Of a stretch of 64,000 nt of DNA, positions 37,436-46,717 are shown in pieces. Source of the stretch: Candidatus Omnitrophica bacterium CG11_big_fil_rev_8_21_14_0_20_64_10 (GTDB taxonomy: Bacteria; Omnitrophota; Gorgyraeia; 1-14-0-20-64-10); the NCBI GenBank assembly GCA_002787095.1, contig PCVW01000010.1, positions 7,774 to 71,773 of the forward strand, in the 5' to 3' direction. Each line of letters begins with the position of its first letter. Positions within the stretch are counted from its first letter, which is position 1. The translations under genes and the position numbers were made by a program. The notes under the pieces were generated by a model. It was not told the origin of the DNA. It worked only from the letters and a program-made list of their open reading frames with translations, and did no database searches.

Positions 37436-39003
37436 CAGGAATAGCGGGAACCCCGCCCCCGGTAGGTCCGGACCTCTTCGACCCAGGAAGCGAACAGAAA
37501 ATAGTAGAGACCGCTCCAGAGGAAGCGGAGGAACCGGCCAAACGGCATGTGCGGGAGATTCCGCAGCCAGGTCCAAACGGTCTTGGGCCGCAGATAGAAC
37601 TTCCGGAAGGCCTCCCGGGCGACCTGCTCCAGCTCCTCCCTGCTTCGGTGGGCGGGAACCCAAATCTTGTCGAAGTTGGTCAGCAGATGGTTCTGGTGTT
37701 CCCCGGACTGGATGAAGGAGCCGTTTTCGACCGCGTCTTTCCAGATCTCCGTCCCCGGGTACGGTTCGAAGATCGGGAAGACCGCGTAATCGAGGCGGCT
37801 GGTGACCGCGAAGGAGATCGTCTTGCGGGACTGCGCCGGGGTCTCGGTCGGCAGTCCCAGCATGAAGGAGGAGAGGGTCCGGATCCCGGCGGCGTTGGCG
37901 ATCCGGATCCCCTCGTAGTTCCGTTCGACGGTCAGCTTCTTCCGAATCAGGTTGAGCAGCTGCTGGTCCCCCGATTCGCAGCCGAAGACGATCAGGTAGC
38001 AGCCGGCCCGCTTCATCACCCGGCACAGTTCGGGATCCACCAAGTCGGTCCGGGTGAAGCACATCCAGCGGAACTGGTGCTTGTTGGACGCCAGCTTCTC
38101 GCAGAGGGCCAGCACCCGCTTCCGATTGGTCGTGAAGATGTCGTCGTAGAACTGGAAGCTGTCGAACCCGTAGGTTGTGTGGAGCCGGTTCAGGTCCTCC
38201 ACCACGCGCTGCGGCGAATGGTGGCGGAAGGTCCGGCCGAAGGTCATCTTGGCTTCACAGAAGGTGCACTCGTAGGGACAGCCGCGGGAGGTCACGTAAT
38301 TGGCGACCCGCCGGCCCCAGATGTGAATCGCCGGGTAGTAGCGGTCCATCGGGTAGAGATCGAGCGCCGGCATCGGGATGGAGTCCAGGTTCTGGATCAG
38401 CGGCTGTCGGGGAGTCCGGACGATTTGGCCGGACCGGTCCTTGACCCAGATCCCCGGCACCTGGGTCAGGGCCTTCGGGTCGTCCAGCGCGGCGGCAAGT
38501 CGGCAGAAGGAGATCTCCGCTTCGGAGATGATCACCGCGTCCACATGGGGGTTCTCGATCGTCCGTTCGGGGAAGATCGTCGCCTGCGGTCCCCCGAGCA
38601 CGACGCGGGCTTTGGGGGAGATCCGCTTGACCAGTTCCGCGACCTTCAGGCAGCGGTCGATGTTGTTGATGAAGACCGCCATGGAAACGATGTCGGGGCC
38701 GAACTCGGCCAGGTCCCGGGCGAGGGTGTCGTACCCCTGCCGGAGGATTTCGTAATCCACGAGGCGGACGGTGTGACCGACGCTGCGGGCGGCCGAGGCG
38801 ACATACGCCATCCCCAGCCAGGGCAGTTCGGTCGCCGCCACCGCGAGACGGCCATAGTTCATCTCAACCGATCCGGGAGGGACCAGGAAGAAGATTTTCC
38901 GCCGGGGGCCGCCCCGGAAATCATCGGCCCGGAAGAGGACGTCTTTCTGCAGGAGTTCGGAGGCCTTCGGGGCCTCCGGCGCGATCAGGAGGGATTCAAC
39001 CAT
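37435..39003 (-). CDS. Cobalamin-binding radical SAM enzyme (class B methylase-like)
   Basis: PWLGMAYVAS, GGPQAT, SRGCPYECTFC, FYDDIF, GCESG, GLPTET, PYPGT. Confidence 0.92.
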   Translation of the reverse strand: MVESLLIAPEAPKASELLQKDVLFRADDFRGGPRRKIFFLVPPGSVEMNYGRLAVAATELPWLGMAYVASAARSVGHTVRLVDYEILRQGYDTLARDLAEFGPDIVSMAVFINNIDRCLKVAELVKRISPKARVVLGGPQATIFPERTIENPHVDAVIISEAEISFCRLAAALDDPKALTQVPGIWVKDRSGQIVRTPRQPLIQNLDSIPMPALDLYPMDRYYPAIHIWGRRVANYVTSRGCPYECTFCEAKMTFGRTFRHHSPQRVVEDLNRLHTTYGFDSFQFYDDIFTTNRKRVLALCEKLASNKHQFRWMCFTRTDLVDPELCRVMKRAGCYLIVFGCESGDQQLLNLIRKKLTVERNYEGIRIANAAGIRTLSSFMLGLPTETPAQSRKTISFAVTSRLDYAVFPIFEPYPGTEIWKDAVENGSFIQSGEHQNHLLTNFDKIWVPAHRSREELEQVAREAFRKFYLRPKTVWTWLRNLPHMPFGRFLRFLWSGLYYFLFASWVEEVRTYRGRGSRYS

Positions 39004-39850
39004 GCGAGGGCCTCGAGGCGATCGCAACCGGCGCTCCGGCCGCTTCCCAAAGAGTTCGGCGCTCTCCCAAAACCAGCTGGAGCGCGGTCAAACGGCTGAT
39101 GGGCCGGTGCCGGCGGCGGTTGTCCGAGAAAGGGGAAAAACGGGTTGGCGCCGCCGGTCCTTCCAGGAGATAGGCGGTCTCTCCGACCACGGAGAGAGCC
39201 ACCGCCTGCCCGGCAATCCCCTCCCGGATCGGGGTGAGCCGGCCGGCCGGATCCAGCCGGCTCAAGCGGCCGGTCGTTCGGTCGGCGACCAGCAGGGTCC
39301 CGTTGGTTCCCCAGGGGGTCACACCGACTGGATTCGATAATTCCGTTTGTTTCCACAGCACTTGTCCGCTCTCCATTTCCCAGGCGACCACCGCCCCTCG
39401 AACGCCGTCCAGACAAATGGCGGCCATCACTCGTTTTCCATCCGGCGTCAGAACCAGCCGCCGGACACCCGGCGACAGACAAAACAAAGCTTTCGGGACC
39501 GCCTTGAAATTTTCCCAACAAAGAAGGCGGCCCGAAGTAGACTCCACCCCATAGATTGACCTGGACTTCAGGTCTAACCCTATGGCGCATAATTTGTTAC
39601 GGCCATGATACACCATTTGGAGGGGGCCGTCAGCCGATTTCATGAAGGCGATCCCCTCTTCGACGAGGAGCCACAGTCCCTCGGGGCTCCAGAGAAGGTC
39701 CAGCAGGGTTGAGGGGAGGGGGCGGCCGAGGCGGCGGATCGGGCCAGCGGCATCCCCGCCCCAAAGCCGAGCAAAGGATCTCCCCAGCCAATTGCGGCGA
39801 CGCAGAAGACAGAGAAGCGGTGGAAAGGAGTTTTTAGCGGGCGCCGGCAT
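38996..39850 (-). CDS. Hypothetical protein, possible beta-propeller (NHL/SMP-30-like)
   Basis: Blade-like strings WSPEGLWLL, LTPDGKRV, NPVGV...LLVADR..GRL.RLDP.G; fills the gap between coupled neighbours; start uncertain. Confidence 0.5.
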   Translation of the reverse strand: MPAPAKNSFPPLLCLLRRRNWLGRSFARLWGGDAAGPIRRLGRPLPSTLLDLLWSPEGLWLLVEEGIAFMKSADGPLQMVYHGRNKLCAIGLDLKSRSIYGVESTSGRLLCWENFKAVPKALFCLSPGVRRLVLTPDGKRVMAAICLDGVRGAVVAWEMESGQVLWKQTELSNPVGVTPWGTNGTLLVADRTTGRLSRLDPAGRLTPIREGIAGQAVALSVVGETAYLLEGPAAPTRFSPFSDNRRRHRPISRLTALQLVLGERRTLWEAAGAPVAIASRPSHG

Positions 39851-41051
39851 CCCGCCCGTCCAGCCAGCCGCTCTCTTCCAGCAACCGGGCAATCGCTTCG
39901 GCCACCGCCTGGTTGCCGACGGCATTCGTATGCTGCCAATCGATCGGAAAGCGGGTGTCGGCGGTTGCTTCGAAAGTTTCGGAGAGATCTGCCCAGCGGG
40001 CCGTCCCGTTCCGGCGGGCATCGGCTGCTTCGGCGATCCGGTTTCGAATCCGGTCCCGGATCCCCTCCCACAGCGGCCGGTAGGCGGGATTCGGAACACC
40101 TCCCGAAAGGCCCTGTTCCAGGACGGCCCGCTCCTGGGAACTTAAGGCCGGTTTGTCGAAGAGGGTCGGCTGCCAGAGAAAGAGGGTCTTGAATCCGTAC
40201 CGCTCCCCGAGGGCCGAGGCGATCCGGAAGTTCTGGAGATAGATGGAGGCGGCCGCCGCCTCCATCGATTCCAGCTGTTGGGGGTCCTGCCCGAACGGGC
40301 GGCCCGACGGGCCGCTCGTTCCCGAACGGTTTCCGGTCCCGATCAAACGGACCAGATGGGTTTCCTGAAATCGTTCCCGCACCCGGACGGCGAGGTGTCG
40401 GATCAGATCTCCGAAGCCGAGACTGTACCCGATCTTCTGCGCGTCTTCGTAGATGCCGGCGATTCGCTTCAGGTTGTGGTGGTCGCCGGGGGATCCCTGC
40501 GCGACCGCCACCGTCTCGTTGATCCCGTCGTAGAAGATTACGATGTCGGGCGCCGCGCCCCGTTCGAGCTGGTAGATGAGGTCGATCAGCTCCTGCGAGT
40601 TCACATAGCCGCCGATCCCGAAATTCACGCACTCGACCGGCTCCAGTCCCCGGTTGGCTCCGAGACGCTCGGCCAAGCGGGCCGGAATAGTCCAAGCGTC
40701 GGAGGCCCCCTGCCCCAGCATCGTGGAGCCTCCGAACAGGAAGATCCGCCGGGCCCCCGGCTGAACGGTTTGCGGGGTCCGCCGGCGTCCTTCCGAATCG
40801 ATGTTGATATGGCGGCCGACATGCGGCGCGTATCCCCAGACCCGGTACGGCAGATAACGGGCCCGGTAGAAGGCTTTCTGTTCGGAGGAGATCCCCGGAA
40901 AATCTTTCTCCGGGGTTTCCTGGAACCGATTCACCCGGGCCGCCTCCCGCCGGTCGAGGATCACCTTGGCCCCCACTTCCAGCAGACAGCCGGTGCCGCC
41001 GATGATCCCGGTCCAAACGGCCAGGAGCAGAACCAGCCGGCGGCCGCTCAT
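39834..41051 (-). CDS. Membrane-anchored SGNH/GDSL hydrolase-family protein
   Basis: N-terminal TM; FGGSTMLG, NFGIGGY, YDGINE, DWQH (DxxH). Confidence 0.85.
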   Translation of the reverse strand: MSGRRLVLLLAVWTGIIGGTGCLLEVGAKVILDRREAARVNRFQETPEKDFPGISSEQKAFYRARYLPYRVWGYAPHVGRHINIDSEGRRRTPQTVQPGARRIFLFGGSTMLGQGASDAWTIPARLAERLGANRGLEPVECVNFGIGGYVNSQELIDLIYQLERGAAPDIVIFYDGINETVAVAQGSPGDHHNLKRIAGIYEDAQKIGYSLGFGDLIRHLAVRVRERFQETHLVRLIGTGNRSGTSGPSGRPFGQDPQQLESMEAAAASIYLQNFRIASALGERYGFKTLFLWQPTLFDKPALSSQERAVLEQGLSGGVPNPAYRPLWEGIRDRIRNRIAEAADARRNGTARWADLSETFEATADTRFPIDWQHTNAVGNQAVAEAIARLLEESGWLDGRDAGAR

Positions 41052-42937
41052 GCGGGGAGGATCTCCCGATCGATGAAGATCATGTGCCACCACTCCAGGA
41101 TAGCCAAGGCGAAGACCCGCTTCAAGCTCAGGAAATCGTCCGTCGAGGAGTGGGCCAACAGCATTCGGACCGCTTCCCATCGGAAGTAGCCCCGCCGCCG
41201 GACCCGCTGTTCGGTCAAAGTGGTCCCGATCAGCTCCCGCCAGGCGGCGCTCTGCGCGTACCGCTCGAGCGGGACATAGAAGGTCTGCTTCGGCCGGCGG
41301 ACCACGCGGCGGGGCAGCCAGCGGGCCGCCAACCGCCGGGCCGCGATCTTGTCCCGCCAAGCGGTCAGCTTGAGCGTTGTGGGGCAAGCGGCCAGATGTT
41401 CGACGAGGCGGTGATCCAGGAACGGGACCCGTCCCTCGATCCCGACCGCCATCGTCATCCGGTCCAACCGCAGAAGCAGATTGTCCGGCAGCCAATCCCG
41501 ATACTGCAGACGCAGGATCCCTTCAATCGAGTTGATTCCCGGTTCTCCCGCGGCGGCCCCCTCGGCCGGCGCAAGGGCCGGTTCGCAAAGCGCCTGAAGC
41601 TGCTGCGCGTCGAACAGGGAGCGCAGGTGAAGATTCCAGGCGGCCGGGTCGTTCCGTCGGGTGAGCTCAAGGTAATCCAGCAGTTTCCGCTTCCCGCTCT
41701 CCCCGAGGCCGGCCGGATAGCGGAATCCCCGACTCAAGCATTCCGCCGGGAGCCGACGGATCACCGCGGGAGCGATCCGGGTGAGCAGTCCCGGGGTTCG
41801 GCGCCGAAGCCGCAGCGTCCAGAAGAGGACCTGATGGAAGAGATAGCCGCCGAGCACCTCGTCTCCCCCCTCCCCGGTCAGGACCACTTTGACCTGCTTG
41901 GAAGCTTCCCGAGCGAGCAAAAACATCGGCAGAATGATGGCATCCCCCATCGGCTGGTCCAGATTCCAGATCAGCCGGGGGATTTGCTCCAGATCGGCCG
42001 CTTCGCATCGGAGGGTGTGATGGGGAGCGGCCAGCGCGGCGGCGGTCTCGGCGGCCCGGCTCGATTCGTCCCAACGGTCCCCGAACCCGATGCTGAAGGT
42101 GGGGTGGCCGGCCCGCGCTTCCCGGGCAATGGCCGCCAGAATCAGTCCGGAATCCAGCCCGCCGCTGAGGAAGGTGCCGACCGGCCGGTCGCTCATCAGC
42201 CGAAGCCGGACCGCCGTTTCGAACCGGCGCTCAAACTCCTCCTGGTACCGCGCCGCGCCGGCCTGGGACGCCGGTTCCTCCGGCAGGCGCCAGTAAGGCC
42301 GGAGGGTCAGCCGCCCGTTCTCAAACCAGCCGGCATGGGCCGGCGGCACGGAACGGATTCCCTCCAAGAGGGTGTCGGGACCCGGCACATAGCGGTTCCG
42401 CAGATACGGCAGGATTTTGTCCCGGCGGACCGTTCGGGAGACGGCGTCGGCTTCCAGGATCGCCTTGATCTCGGAGCCGAACAACAGCCGGCCGCCCCGT
42501 TCCCAGACATAAAGGGGCTTGATCCCGATCCGGTCCCGGGCCAGGAAGAGGCGGTCCCGTTTCCGGTCATGAATCGCGAAGGCGAACATGCCGTTGAACC
42601 GCTCCAGACAGGCCGGTCCCCATTCGGCAAAGGCCCGAAGGACCGTTTCGGTGTCGCACCGGCTCTGGAAACGGTGTCCCTTCACCCGAAGCTGTTCGGC
42701 GATCTCGGCGTGGTTGTAGATCTCGCCGTTGAACGCGATCCAGAGAGAACCGTCCTCGCTCGAACGGGGTTGGTGCCCCCCTTCCAGGTCCACGATGCTC
42801 AAGCGGCAGGCGGCCAGACCGATTCCCCCGTGGCGGGCCTGCCCCTGCCCGTCCGGCCCTCGATGGGCGATCACCCGGATCATCCGGTCAAGCGGATCGT
42901 TCCCGCTCCAGCCCGAATAGCCGGCGATTCCGCACAT
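41048..42937 (-). CDS. asnB: Asparagine synthase-like glutamine amidotransferase, copy 2
   Basis: MCGIAG, HRGPD, RLSIVD, NGEIYN, LSGGLDS, TGEGGDEVLGGY, EGRVPFLD. Confidence 0.92.
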   Translation of the reverse strand: MCGIAGYSGWSGNDPLDRMIRVIAHRGPDGQGQARHGGIGLAACRLSIVDLEGGHQPRSSEDGSLWIAFNGEIYNHAEIAEQLRVKGHRFQSRCDTETVLRAFAEWGPACLERFNGMFAFAIHDRKRDRLFLARDRIGIKPLYVWERGGRLLFGSEIKAILEADAVSRTVRRDKILPYLRNRYVPGPDTLLEGIRSVPPAHAGWFENGRLTLRPYWRLPEEPASQAGAARYQEEFERRFETAVRLRLMSDRPVGTFLSGGLDSGLILAAIAREARAGHPTFSIGFGDRWDESSRAAETAAALAAPHHTLRCEAADLEQIPRLIWNLDQPMGDAIILPMFLLAREASKQVKVVLTGEGGDEVLGGYLFHQVLFWTLRLRRRTPGLLTRIAPAVIRRLPAECLSRGFRYPAGLGESGKRKLLDYLELTRRNDPAAWNLHLRSLFDAQQLQALCEPALAPAEGAAAGEPGINSIEGILRLQYRDWLPDNLLLRLDRMTMAVGIEGRVPFLDHRLVEHLAACPTTLKLTAWRDKIAARRLAARWLPRRVVRRPKQTFYVPLERYAQSAAWRELIGTTLTEQRVRRRGYFRWEAVRMLLAHSSTDDFLSLKRVFALAILEWWHMIFIDREILPA

Positions 42938-44670
42938 CAGCCGGTTCCCCCGTGGAGGCGATAGACCGTGAAATGCCGGTTCTGATGGACCGGTTTCAAT
43001 GTCGGATGGGGGGCCGCAGCGGCCGGCAGGATCGCGTAATCGGCCCCGAACCGTTCTCCCAACCGGAGCAGCTCGGCGTCCGAGAGGGACCGGTACTGCT
43101 CCGCGAGTCCCCAGAAGGCTTCCCGCCGCCACGGGAGCGGTTCCGGTCCCAGGTGGTAGCGAAGATAGTGGTCGATCTCCGATCGGGCGGTTTGACTGGA
43201 GTAGATCGACCGCCCCAGATCCTGCCAGCTGATCGCCGGCGTCCGGCGGGAGAAAACCTCGAAACCGGACCAATCCGGCGGATTGAGGAAAACCGCGTCG
43301 GGCCGGCTGTTTTCCCGGGCCCAATCCTGGGTCTCTTTCCAGTCGGCGTTTTCCGAAGCGAGTCGGAGCTGCAGCCTGGGATTCGCCGCAAAGAGGGGTG
43401 GGAGGGCCTGAACGAAAATGTTGCAGGCCGCCAGCCCAAGCAGTCCGGTCCGGACGACGGCGGCGAATCGCCCGCCGGTTCCCTCCGGCAGCCGCCAGGA
43501 CCGGCCGGCCAGGAACGCGGCCGACAGGAAAACCAAAGGGAGGGTCCACCGGATCGCGTAATCAAGGAATAGGAGTCCGATCGCCAAGGCGATGCCGCTC
43601 CATCGCCGGACCGGTGCCGGATCGGAAAGGGCCGATTCCACCGAGGCGCACAGATAAAGGGAGAGCAGCAATAGGAGATAGTCGGAGGCGCGCAAGAGGG
43701 TCAGTTTGGCCAGAAGCACCACCGGCCGGATCTCGCTGAAGAAAACTCCCGCGGCGCACAACACTCCGGCGCCGGCCGCCAGGAGCCCCGCCCCTCGATC
43801 CCGGAGCCGTTGTTCTTCCGATCGCTCCATGCGATGGCGGACCCATCCCCCGGCGGCGGCGTATGCCAGGAGCCCGCCCCAGAGATATCCCCCCCAGGAA
43901 AAGGGAAAAAGATGATGGTTTTTCCGGATCCGCATCAGCGCCCACCAGGTTTCCGGATCGAGTCCGGCGGAAGCGTAGATCTGCCAGCGGGGGAGAAAAT
44001 AGATGACTGCCGGAAGCAGCGCCAGCAGGAACCAGGCGGCGCACCGGAGCCGGCGGGCGCCGGTGGGGCGGTTGGGAGCCCACAGCAGCAGCGGCGCGGC
44101 CAAGCCGCAGAGAATTACCGCGTGGGTCGGATGGATCGAAAAGAAGAGCCCCAGCCCCGCGGCCGCCCATTCCCAGCGGCCCCGCAGCAGCGCGGCCAGG
44201 ATCCAGAGGCCGCAGGAGAAAGCGACGAAGTGCCAGGCGTGGTAGACGCCGATCTTCCAGGCAAACCCCATTCCGAGGGCTCCCGCCCCGCCACCAATCA
44301 GGAGAATCACGGCTAGCAGGCTTACCCGCCGGTTTTTAAAAAGGGCCTGCGCGACGGTCCAGACTCCGCCGACCGCCAGACCGCAGAGGAGCGCCAGGCG
44401 GAGGGTCTCGGCGATGCCTTCCGGCCAGTCGAACAGCGCCCATCCCCGGGCCCAGATCCACTGCAGCGGGGAGAGGGTCGTCGTCATCGCTTCCCGCAGG
44501 GGATGTCCGACCAGCCATTCGGGATGGGCGAACAGTTGAATCGGGACGATCAGGTCGGAACCTTCGACCGCCACCGCCCAGGGGTGCCGCCAAACCCTCA
44601 AGAGGAAGAGGCCGACGGCGATCGCCAGCGGCAGAAGCCGGTCGGCTCCTTTCCCCCTTTCGAGGGTCAC
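42937..44670 (-). CDS. Polytopic membrane protein (DUF6798-like / GT-C-like)
   Basis: Many TM segments; HP, R.NHHLFP, C-terminal W.R.N...DAVFL.PP...F...SRR domain; GTG start. Confidence 0.6.
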   Translation of the reverse strand: MTLERGKGADRLLPLAIAVGLFLLRVWRHPWAVAVEGSDLIVPIQLFAHPEWLVGHPLREAMTTTLSPLQWIWARGWALFDWPEGIAETLRLALLCGLAVGGVWTVAQALFKNRRVSLLAVILLIGGGAGALGMGFAWKIGVYHAWHFVAFSCGLWILAALLRGRWEWAAAGLGLFFSIHPTHAVILCGLAAPLLLWAPNRPTGARRLRCAAWFLLALLPAVIYFLPRWQIYASAGLDPETWWALMRIRKNHHLFPFSWGGYLWGGLLAYAAAGGWVRHRMERSEEQRLRDRGAGLLAAGAGVLCAAGVFFSEIRPVVLLAKLTLLRASDYLLLLLSLYLCASVESALSDPAPVRRWSGIALAIGLLFLDYAIRWTLPLVFLSAAFLAGRSWRLPEGTGGRFAAVVRTGLLGLAACNIFVQALPPLFAANPRLQLRLASENADWKETQDWARENSRPDAVFLNPPDWSGFEVFSRRTPAISWQDLGRSIYSSQTARSEIDHYLRYHLGPEPLPWRREAFWGLAEQYRSLSDAELLRLGERFGADYAILPAAAAPHPTLKPVHQNRHFTVYRLHGGTG

Positions 44671-45626
44671 CGACTGCTCCGGGAGGCCACCAATTTCTTC
44701 AAGCCGGTTTCCAGGGAAACCGCCGCCCGAAACCCCAGTGCCCGCTGAGCCGCTTCGGTAGAGCCGACCCGGTGCTGGACGAATGAGACCGCTTCCGATT
44801 GGAAGATCGGCGTGAGGGTGCTTCCGGTCGCCTCCAGCAGCCGCTCCACGAGCTCCCGGATCGTCGTCCGACGACCGGTCCCCACGTTAAACGCTTGATC
44901 GTTTGCCTGAGCCCGGGCGGCCAGCACATTGGCCCGGGCCACATCGGTGACATCCACGAAATCGTAGGATTGGGAGCCGTCCCCGTGAATCACCGGCGCT
45001 TCCCCCCGCTCGATCCGTTCCAGCACCTTCATGATGACGCTGGTGTAGGCCCCCTTGTCGTCCTGGCGGGGACCGTAGACATTCATGTAGCGCAGCGCGG
45101 CGTAGTCGAGTCCGTAGCGGTGGTGGTGGGCCCGGCACATCTGCTCTCCGGCGATCTTCGTGGCCCCGTAGAAGGTGGTGTTGTTCAGGGGATGGCCCTC
45201 CCGCATGGGGAACTCCACCGCGTCGCCATAAACCGACGCGGAAGAGGAGAAGACCAGGCGGGGGGTCCGGTGCTGGACGCAGGCCTGCAGCACATTGAAG
45301 GTCCCCCGGATGTTCACCTCAAACGCCGCTTCCGGGTGTTCCTGGCAGTGCAGCAACCAGAGGGCGGCCAGATGAAAAACGACCTCCCTGCCCCGGAAGG
45401 CCCGGTCCAGCCGGTCGGTCTCCAGGATGCTGGCCTCCTTTTCGAAAACTGAAACCCGGGGGTCCCGAAGGGCCGATTCCAGGTGGGCCGGTTTCCCCCG
45501 GCTGAAGTCGTCGTATACGAGGATCTCGGCCGGGGATTCCCCGAGCAGCGCCTCGACCAGATGGGAACCGATGAAGCCGGCCCCGCCGATCACCAGCAGC
45601 CGTTTGTTCCGGAGCGAGCGGCTCAT
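44667..45626 (-). CDS. NAD-dependent nucleotide-sugar epimerase/dehydratase
   Basis: GGAGFIGSH, HLAALWLLHC, SSSASVYG, YGATK, RYMNVYGPRQ. Confidence 0.9.
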   Translation of the reverse strand: MSRSLRNKRLLVIGGAGFIGSHLVEALLGESPAEILVYDDFSRGKPAHLESALRDPRVSVFEKEASILETDRLDRAFRGREVVFHLAALWLLHCQEHPEAAFEVNIRGTFNVLQACVQHRTPRLVFSSSASVYGDAVEFPMREGHPLNNTTFYGATKIAGEQMCRAHHHRYGLDYAALRYMNVYGPRQDDKGAYTSVIMKVLERIERGEAPVIHGDGSQSYDFVDVTDVARANVLAARAQANDQAFNVGTGRRTTIRELVERLLEATGSTLTPIFQSEAVSFVQHRVGSTEAAQRALGFRAAVSLETGLKKLVASRSSR

Positions 45627-46717
45627 CGCAGTCCCAGGAGGCGCCGCATCCAGCGGTTGGGGGCCGCCTGCAGCAGCCGGGCCAGGCCGCCGATCGCTGG
45701 GGTTTGGGAGATCAGTTCGAGCAATCCGAAGAGCAAGCGCTCTCCCCAGCCCCGCCGAAGGCTCTCGAGCAGGACCCAGGCTTCCTGCACTTCGACCGGA
45801 CTGAGCCGGTAGCTGCCCATGTCGAAGATCGTTTGTCCCCGCCGTTTCCCGGGCCGGCCATGGCGGCACAACTCATAGATCAGGGACCAGAACAGGTAGC
45901 GCCGGACATTCTCCCGAAAACATTTCGCCCGGGCCGCCCCCCGCGGATCAGCCTGTTCGAGGCGGTCCAGGTAGCTCCCGACCGCTGTTTGGAAGTCCCG
46001 CGCCATCTCCAAGATGGAGCGGTCGCTGAGCGCCTCGGAGTGGATGCGATACCGCCAGAGCCGCTCTCCGAGGTGACCGATCGACCAGCGCTCCGCGATC
46101 CGAAACCAGACGATGAAGTCCCCGAAGCCCAGCGGGCTTTCCGGATCGAAACGGATGCCGTTGAGCGCCTCCCGGCGGATCATCGTGCCCGGGCAGTTCA
46201 GGGAGGAGCGGCCGGAACGGGTCGTCTGCGCGACATAGGCGTCCCCCGTCTGCAGCGGCGGGGCCTCGGCTTGCCGAACGGCGACCACCCGATCGGCCTC
46301 ATCGATCAGTTCCCAATCGGAACAGAGCAGCCCGGCTTCCGGATGGGCCTCCATGAAGGCGACATACCGATCGATCATCTCGGGGGTGTACTGCTCGTCA
46401 TCGTGAAACAGGCAGAGGTAGCGGCCTCGGGCCGCTTCCAGACAGGCGTTGTGGTTCGGATAAAGACCGATGTTCTTCGGGTGCCGGAGGAGCCGGATCC
46501 GGCTGTCGCGCGAAGCCCACTCGCTGCAGAGGGCCTGCGTTTCGTCTTCCGAGGCATTGTCGCTGATCAGGATCTCCAGGTTCCGGTAGGTTTGATTCGA
46601 GACCTGCGGCAGCATTCGTTTCAGGAAGCGGGCTCGGTTGAAGGTGGGGATGCCGATCGTGACCAGGGGCGGCTTCAGCCGCCCGGAAGGAGCGCCGGCG
46701 GTCGTTGGAGGGTTCAT
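45623..46717 (-). CDS. GT2 glycosyltransferase
   Basis: VTIGIPTFNR, QTYRNLEILISDNAS, NIG, FHDD. Confidence 0.9.
   Translation of the reverse strand: MNPPTTAGAPSGRLKPPLVTIGIPTFNRARFLKRMLPQVSNQTYRNLEILISDNASEDETQALCSEWASRDSRIRLLRHPKNIGLYPNHNACLEAARGRYLCLFHDDEQYTPEMIDRYVAFMEAHPEAGLLCSDWELIDEADRVVAVRQAEAPPLQTGDAYVAQTTRSGRSSLNCPGTMIRREALNGIRFDPESPLGFGDFIVWFRIAERWSIGHLGERLWRYRIHSEALSDRSILEMARDFQTAVGSYLDRLEQADPRGAARAKCFRENVRRYLFWSLIYELCRHGRPGKRRGQTIFDMGSYRLSPVEVQEAWVLLESLRRGWGERLLFGLLELISQTPAIGGLARLLQAAPNRWMRRLLGLR

Noticed and set aside
30184-42937. RiPP or lasso-peptide cluster (SPASM radical SAM plus AsnB-like cyclase)
   Set aside because: No precursor ORF, RRE or peptidase; both AsnB proteins keep the N-terminal glutaminase Cys; context is entirely glycan
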